A stretch of DNA of 64,000 nt from a virus. The DNA lies in the IMG/VR virus record IMGVR_UViG_3300037459_000160, positions 32,001-96,000 of that record; one strand, given 5' to 3'. A model generated the notes under the pieces. That model saw nothing but the letters and a program-made list of their open reading frames with translations, ran no database searches and was not told the DNA's origin. Shown here in pieces: positions 58,684-64,000 of this stretch (its first letter is position 1; each line of letters begins with the position of its first letter). Made by a program: the position numbers and the translations under genes.

Positions 58684-59181
58684 ATGCAAATCTTTGACCA
58701 ACTTGTTGAGTTACTTGACTCGCCCTTGTACGTAATCGGCAAGGCCGCGATTGGCCAGCCGGCATATTGTGATAAGATGCAACCCGGCAAGCCTCGCAAG
58801 CGTTATGTGTTGAGCCTCGGCCGGCAATGTACTTGCCTCGGGTTTATGAAGTTTGAACGTTGCCGACATTTGGCAATGTTGCATGGGGGGTTTAACTGGG
58901 TACCCGGTGACGGTTGCCCGGCCGAGTATGCAGCGTTGGAAAGCGAACGATTGATTGAGGCCGTTGAGGCATTGCCGAGCGAGGCACGGATTGACCGTGA
59001 GACAATCCCGCAAATCGTCAAGGGAATTACCCTCGGGCTCCCGAAACTCAATGCGAGTGAGATTCTTAAAATTGCGGGAACCCGTACGTTTCCCGATGGC
59101 AATTGCCTCGGGATTATTTTCCAGTTTGGGGTAACAAAGGGCCTTGACAAACTTTCCGGTATCGGTAATAATAGGGCCTAG
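58684..59181 (+). CDS. SWIM zinc-finger protein
   Basis: Y.L.....CTC.GF.....CRH. Confidence 0.75.
   Translation: MQIFDQLVELLDSPLYVIGKAAIGQPAYCDKMQPGKPRKRYVLSLGRQCTCLGFMKFERCRHLAMLHGGFNWVPGDGCPAEYAALESERLIEAVEALPSEARIDRETIPQIVKGITLGLPKLNASEILKIAGTRTFPDGNCLGIIFQFGVTKGLDKLSGIGNNRA
59144..59172 (+). promoter_or_regulatory. sigma70-like promoter
   Basis: TTGACA-17 nt-AATAAT. Confidence 0.55.
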
Positions 59182-59219
59182 TTGAGTTTCACTAACCTCT
59201 AATTTTGAAGGGCGAGACC

Positions 59220-60716
59220 ATGCCGAACGCGGGAACCTTGAGTGAGCAAAAGAAACCTCTTTTCTTACTTTTCAAAACGGGCCCCGAAAAATTCCATGTT
59301 TTTCAAATCGTTGGTTGGAAAGCCCGGATTGAACATTTCGTTGAGGGCACCGCCCCCAGTACCCCGAGTTGTGATTGTCAACTATTTCGGTTTGAATCCA
59401 AGTGCCCGCATACCGAGGCTATCGCTACCGAGGCCGAAAAATGGGCATATGCTTTCAACGATTTGCGATCGGCCGGGAAGCCGATTAAATGGCAAGAGGG
59501 CGACGATAAAAAATTTGTTGTGATTGCCTACCAAGGTAAGGCCGGCGAACCCGCCGTTGTACACCCCGAGGTAGGGGATTTGAGTTTGTTCAACTTGGTT
59601 TGGCTGTTGACCGAGGGCCCAACAACTTCCGAATTAAAAAGCCCCACGGGCTTTCTCAACCCCGAGCGGATCTTTGAGGAAGCGAAAAAGAGTTTTGACT
59701 TGTCCGCGACGGTTACCGACACTGATGTTATTGCAGCGGGCAAAGCCGTTAAACCTCTCACGGCCGCCGATGTACAATTTGAGGCCGACTACGATGAGAA
59801 CCTTGGGGCAATGATCCCCGGTGAAAAGGAACCCGCTACTCCCAAGAAAGGCCGCAAGAAAACGAAAACGGAAGTTGCGAAACCTTGGGAAACGATCAAG
59901 CGACCCGACCCAAAATCGTTTTACATTCCCGAAAAGTCTTGGAAGCAACTCTTGTACGGGATGGCAAAGGGCCAAAATATTATGATTATGGGCCCGGCCG
60001 GCAGTGGCAAGAGCGAGATTGTGTATATTGGAGCCAGGGCAATGAGTCTTGACCTTGCCGCGTTTAATTGCGGGGCAATGAGCGAGCCCCGCGAGGCGTT
60101 GATTGGTACGACGATTTATGACCCGGCCAAGGGTACATGGCACCGTGAGGCCCGGTTTGTTAAGGCCGTGCGAGCCGATCGGGGTGTTGTGCTGTTGGAT
60201 GAAATGAGCCGAGCGGTACGGGATGCGTTTAACATTTTCCTCCCGTTGTTGGATCGGCAAGGGTATCTCGCAATGGATGAATCCGAGGATGGGGGCATTA
60301 TTAAAAAGGGGGCTGGCGTTTCATTCGTGGCGACTGCCAACGTGGGTCTTGAGTACACGGGAACCGAGGCGTTAGACAAGGCCCTTAAAGAGCGTTTCCG
60401 CATAATCCGTATGGGTTTTCCCCCGAGAGAGTGGGAAACCAAGATTCTTGTCAATCGTTGCCCCGGTCTTAAGGCTGGCCAAGCAAGCCGCCTTGTGGGT
60501 ATTGCCGAAAAGCAACGCGAGTTGGCCACCCTTGAGAATGAATTTGTTGAACAAATTTCTACGCGTATGCTACTTGCGGCCGGTGAGCAAATCGGCCTCG
60601 GCTTTACGTTCGATGATGCAATTGAATTCAACATTGCCAATCTTTTCTCGGATGAGGGTGGGGATGCAAGCGAGTACACCCGAATTATGCAAATCGTTCA
60701 AAAAGGCGGAGAGTGA
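59220..60716 (+). CDS. SWIM-fused MoxR/CbbQ/CobS-type AAA+ ATPase
   Basis: CDC..F.....CPH; GPAGSGKS, LLDEMSR, ATAN, LD.AL.ERF. Confidence 0.9.
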   Translation: MPNAGTLSEQKKPLFLLFKTGPEKFHVFQIVGWKARIEHFVEGTAPSTPSCDCQLFRFESKCPHTEAIATEAEKWAYAFNDLRSAGKPIKWQEGDDKKFVVIAYQGKAGEPAVVHPEVGDLSLFNLVWLLTEGPTTSELKSPTGFLNPERIFEEAKKSFDLSATVTDTDVIAAGKAVKPLTAADVQFEADYDENLGAMIPGEKEPATPKKGRKKTKTEVAKPWETIKRPDPKSFYIPEKSWKQLLYGMAKGQNIMIMGPAGSGKSEIVYIGARAMSLDLAAFNCGAMSEPREALIGTTIYDPAKGTWHREARFVKAVRADRGVVLLDEMSRAVRDAFNIFLPLLDRQGYLAMDESEDGGIIKKGAGVSFVATANVGLEYTGTEALDKALKERFRIIRMGFPPREWETKILVNRCPGLKAGQASRLVGIAEKQRELATLENEFVEQISTRMLLAAGEQIGLGFTFDDAIEFNIANLFSDEGGDASEYTRIMQIVQKGGE

Positions 60717-60728
60717 ACCCGGTTTCAA
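60713..60728 (+). promoter_or_regulatory. 16-bp motif variant (last base differs)
   Basis: GTGAACCCGGTTTCAA containing the AAA gene's TGA; 27 nt before a -35. Confidence 0.75.
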
Positions 60729-60755
60729 TTCTTGCCGAAAACGGCAAATTTCCCA

Positions 60756-60784
60756 TTGACCCGACCCGACCAATTTGCTAGAAT
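60756..60784 (+). promoter_or_regulatory. sigma70-like promoter
   Basis: TTGACC-17 nt-TAGAAT. Confidence 0.65.
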
Positions 60785-60826
60785 TGGGGCAGTCCAATAA
60801 ACCTTAACCTTTTGCGGAGCGATATA

Positions 60827-63400
60827 ATGCGAAAAGATTGGTTCGGGCAATTCAGCGAAATCGAATACCAAAGCGACGGGCAAAACGATTACTTTGATGA
60901 GGAAATGGGTTTGCTCGCCCGCCAAGATTATTTCTTGAGGGGTTCGGTACTTTCCTCGGCATGGTCTCGCGGGAAAAAGAAATCCGATGATCCCGAAAAG
61001 GTTGTTTTGGATTTGATCCGAATTCGCAACAGTGTTGCGGGTTTGCTCAAAGTACACGGGGTGCCCAAGGGCACCCGGATTGAGATTGCGGCTCTCGGTC
61101 AAATCGGCAAAGGGGCCGCGAGTTTTGAGAGTATTCCAAGCAACGTATCGGGCGATTTTAAGCGGCCGTACATTATGCTGGATGCTGAGATTTATAAAAA
61201 TTGCGATTCCCGCGAAGTGCTTGACATTTATTGTGGCATCGGCGTACACGAAGCCAGCCACTTAAACCACACTCGCCAAATGTTCGTTGATCTGAAAAAC
61301 GGGCATCTTTCGGGTGAGTCTGCAATATGGCACGGTATCTTTGAGGATGAGCGAATTGAGGAATTGGCCAGAAATGAAAGCCCCGGTTATGCGGGTTATC
61401 TCCAAGCAGTCAAGCGGGCATTGTTTGAGAAGACAGAATTTGGAATGGCCCTTAGTAAATGGGATAATCTCCCTGATATGGATAAGATTAGGGGCCTTGC
61501 GTTTGGTTTCATTCGTTGCCCTCATCTACTCAAAGACAATCAAAAACAATGGCGAACGATTGCCGGCAAGTGCGTGTTTGAGGATTTGCGGGCCCTCTTT
61601 CCCTGGATTCCTAAAACTGAGAATGAGGTAAAGGCATTCGGGCAATTGTTGATAGGTTATTTTGAGGATGCTCAAACCGAGTTTAACGAGACGGTGGCTA
61701 ACAGCACGCCCGAGCAAATCGCCGAGAACCTCAACCAGCAAGAGCAACCCGAGCAACAACAGAGCGAACAAGCGGAAGGCGAACCCCAAGCCGGTGAGGG
61801 CCAAGAGGGCGAGGGAAGCCCCGAGGGCGGGCAGCAAGGTCGAGAGGGTTCGGAAGCCGGTGAACAATCCGAAGGCGATTCTCAAAGCCCACAAGAGCCC
61901 CAAGAGGGCGGGGAACAATCCGGCGAGCAAGGCCAGCCCGGCGACGGTTCTGAGGGTCAAGAGGGCGAGCAATCCGGGGAGCAATCTGACGAGCAACAGG
62001 ACAGCCAAGCCGGCAAGGGCCCCCAAGAGGATGAGGGCTCGGAAGCCAAGACCGAGCCGGAAGCCCGCGAGCAAGGCGATACGGAGCCACAATCGGGTGA
62101 TAAGGCGGGTGAACCAAAAGCCGAATCAAAAACCGAAGCCAACTCTAACGAGAATCGCATTACCGGAGATCACATTACCGAGCGTATGCAAAAACAGGCA
62201 GCCGCCGATTTTGAAGATTCCAAAGTGAGTAAGGCCGAGAAGGAGTTGGCTGACCATTTGAAAAACGTTGCCAGCACACTTGACGATATGAAAAACGCCA
62301 AGGACGCGGCTGACGTTATAAGGAAGGGCGGGGGCAATGAGGAAAAGGTACGGAAAGCCGAGAAAAAGCTTGAGAAACTCCAGAAAGAGCTAAAGAATGA
62401 GCTTGATTCCCGAGTTGGCCGGCGATTTGGTACCCGTGAGTTGATAGAAATGATCAAGCGAATTGATACGGTTTCTAAGGCCCTTAGTGCGGATGAGACG
62501 TTTAAGCTCGCCGAGGCCGCCGAGGAAAGGCTTGAACTTGGGCCCGAATGGGAACCCCATCGGGAAGGGGCCGACGTTCGGCGTAATGTAATTATTCACC
62601 CGAGTCCCAACCAGCGAACCCGCGAGAAATACAAAAACTACTTGAAAGCGGTACAAGGGCAGGTTGCCCGTATGCGGAATGTTTTCCGGTTGCGGCTTGG
62701 TATTCGCAAATATAATGAGACCGAGCGGAAATCCGGCCGGTTGCACCCCCGGCGAATCTCGCGGGCCCAATCAACCTCTCGTATTTTCAAAAGGTCGTAC
62801 ACGAAAACCGATATGGGTGTTGCAATCTGCCTTTTGCTTGACGAATCGGGTAGTATGAGCCGGGCTCATATGCAACCTAGTCACTCGAAAGCGAGCATGG
62901 CGTTACAAGTGGCCGTTTGTATGGCCGAAGCTCTCAGGACCACGCCCGGCGTTGAGTTTGAGGTTTACAGTTTTACAAGTTGCGGGACCGGCAACGATAA
63001 TTTCATGAAATATCTTTACGGCAAGAAAAACCCCGATCTTGCCGCGATGGGCCATTATGGGCGGGGCAGCGTGAATTATGATTATATGGCCCTTGAGCAA
63101 GCGGGCCGCATGTTTATTGAGAACACAAGCGACCGGGCACAACGCATTATGATTGTGTTGAGCGACGGGGCACCGTGCGGGGAAGGCCGTAACGGCGAGA
63201 CCGCCGAGCAAGCGACCAAGCGGGCAAGTACCGCCTTGGAGAAATTGGGAATCAAGGTAATCCAAGTTGCGATTGAAGATTTTCGGTCAATGAATTGTTA
63301 CAAACACGTTTTGAAATTTACCGATATTCCCAACCTAATCAACAAGATGCGGGGCCTTATTACTCGTATTATTAAACAAGCGAGCGAGGTTGCCCAATAA
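60827..63400 (+). CDS. CobT-like protein: HExxH metallopeptidase-like domain + acidic Q/E/G linker + vWA
   Basis: HEASH..FEDERIE; SGRL; MIDAS LLDESGSM, VLSDG.P. Confidence 0.88.
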   Translation: MRKDWFGQFSEIEYQSDGQNDYFDEEMGLLARQDYFLRGSVLSSAWSRGKKKSDDPEKVVLDLIRIRNSVAGLLKVHGVPKGTRIEIAALGQIGKGAASFESIPSNVSGDFKRPYIMLDAEIYKNCDSREVLDIYCGIGVHEASHLNHTRQMFVDLKNGHLSGESAIWHGIFEDERIEELARNESPGYAGYLQAVKRALFEKTEFGMALSKWDNLPDMDKIRGLAFGFIRCPHLLKDNQKQWRTIAGKCVFEDLRALFPWIPKTENEVKAFGQLLIGYFEDAQTEFNETVANSTPEQIAENLNQQEQPEQQQSEQAEGEPQAGEGQEGEGSPEGGQQGREGSEAGEQSEGDSQSPQEPQEGGEQSGEQGQPGDGSEGQEGEQSGEQSDEQQDSQAGKGPQEDEGSEAKTEPEAREQGDTEPQSGDKAGEPKAESKTEANSNENRITGDHITERMQKQAAADFEDSKVSKAEKELADHLKNVASTLDDMKNAKDAADVIRKGGGNEEKVRKAEKKLEKLQKELKNELDSRVGRRFGTRELIEMIKRIDTVSKALSADETFKLAEAAEERLELGPEWEPHREGADVRRNVIIHPSPNQRTREKYKNYLKAVQGQVARMRNVFRLRLGIRKYNETERKSGRLHPRRISRAQSTSRIFKRSYTKTDMGVAICLLLDESGSMSRAHMQPSHSKASMALQVAVCMAEALRTTPGVEFEVYSFTSCGTGNDNFMKYLYGKKNPDLAAMGHYGRGSVNYDYMALEQAGRMFIENTSDRAQRIMIVLSDGAPCGEGRNGETAEQATKRASTALEKLGIKVIQVAIEDFRSMNCYKHVLKFTDIPNLINKMRGLITRIIKQASEVAQ

Positions 63401-63797
63401 ACCTTTAATCTTTGGAGTTGATCCGATGCCCAAGTTGGAAGGCGACCACATTGCGGCTTACGAATTTTTTCTTGATACCCCGCTTACCCGAGATAAAACC
63501 CAAGGGCGGTTATCTAATAACCCGACCGAGTTGCCTATAAAGTGTCAACTCAAACGGGCAGGGCGAGAAAGTGAAGGCCCCAACAGGTACCGCATGGGGC
63601 AAGATTTTGCCGCGTACTTCGGTAAACATGATGTTGAGGCAACGCACCCATTATTACAGCAATTCGGGGCCTCGGCTCATACGGTAGCCGGCCAGTTTTG
63701 GATTGTCGCAATTTGGGATGAGAGCGTTACAAGATACGAAGGCGTTGAGGCGTTTACTACGTTTGAGGAAATGTTGAAGGAATGGGAAGTTGATTGA
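63390..63797 (+). CDS. hypothetical protein
   Basis: 135-aa ORF, start uncertain (63390 or 63426). Confidence 0.6.
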   Translation: MPNKPLIFGVDPMPKLEGDHIAAYEFFLDTPLTRDKTQGRLSNNPTELPIKCQLKRAGRESEGPNRYRMGQDFAAYFGKHDVEATHPLLQQFGASAHTVAGQFWIVAIWDESVTRYEGVEAFTTFEEMLKEWEVD

Positions 63798-64000
63798 TGA
63801 GTGGCCGCCAGCCAACGATAACATTTAGGAAAAACGATCTTTGGTTGTTGGAAACGCTTGAGAGATTAGTTGCCACAAAAAAGAGGCTCGGGTATAAAAC
63901 GACTTTATCCCGAGAGCTTATCCGTTGTGCCAAAAACGGTTTAACGAACGGCCTAACCGGGTCCGATCTTGACCGCCAAATTTTGTTAGAGGATTCCAAT
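63797..64000 (+). CDS. putative ribbon-helix-helix protein, runs off window end
   Basis: TGATG coupling; MSGRQPTITFRKNDLWLLETLERLVATKKRLGYKTTLSRELIRCAKNGL. Confidence 0.5.
   Translation, partial: MSGRQPTITFRKNDLWLLETLERLVATKKRLGYKTTLSRELIRCAKNGLTNGLTGSDLDRQILLEDSN

Noticed and set aside
1866-60728. 16-bp repeat as a CRISPR array
   Set aside because: Copies are kilobases apart with no repeat-spacer periodicity, are too short, and there is no cas operon
864-60826. tRNA genes in intergenic gaps
   Set aside because: Gaps are short and their hairpins lack cloverleaf or T-loop features
59220-63400. cobS/cobT cobalamin auxiliary metabolic genes
   Set aside because: No cobN or other cob genes; SWIM and HExxH domains point to a generic MoxR-vWA system
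40-63999. Minus-strand ORFs in the track (e.g. 9349-9972, 47913-48671, 59634-60260)
   Set aside because: They overlap well-supported + strand genes and show no recognisable motifs; treated as shadow ORFs

Overview
The window is a 64 kb stretch of a tailed dsDNA phage (siphovirus-like). Essentially all credible genes are on the + strand. Order: small early/accessory genes including csrA (1-6.4 kb); small and large terminase, portal, a giant MuF-effector fusion, protease/scaffold and major capsid protein (6.5-19.3 kb); a GT9 glycosyltransferase, a PAS protein, a holin-like protein and minor virion proteins (19.4-25.8 kb); neck, tail tube, chaperones and tape measure (25.8-34.6 kb); tail tip with an embedded glycosyltransferase/sulfotransferase/methyltransferase cluster (34.6-43.6 kb); a full replication/recombination module (43.6-57.4 kb); and a SWIM + MoxR AAA + metallopeptidase-vWA module (58.7-63.4 kb). 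The CsrA sequence style suggests a Planctomycetota host (inference). I recognised no integrase, repressor, endolysin, tRNA or CRISPR array. Most notable unexplained signals: (1) a 16-bp asymmetric near-palindrome GTGAACCCGGTTTCAC, present 7 times exactly plus 2 single-mismatch copies, mostly at gene ends, often just upstream of sigma70-like promoters or inside terminator-like hairpins; (2) a small His-rich head-module protein that carries a copy of the major capsid protein N-terminal peptide, conserved at protein but not codon level; (3) four glycosyltransferases, a sulfotransferase-like gene and a methyltransferase domain, most of them among virion genes; (4) a MuF-Nudix-kinase-ADP-ribosyltransferase fusion. 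All product calls come from motif recognition by eye; no database search was run.
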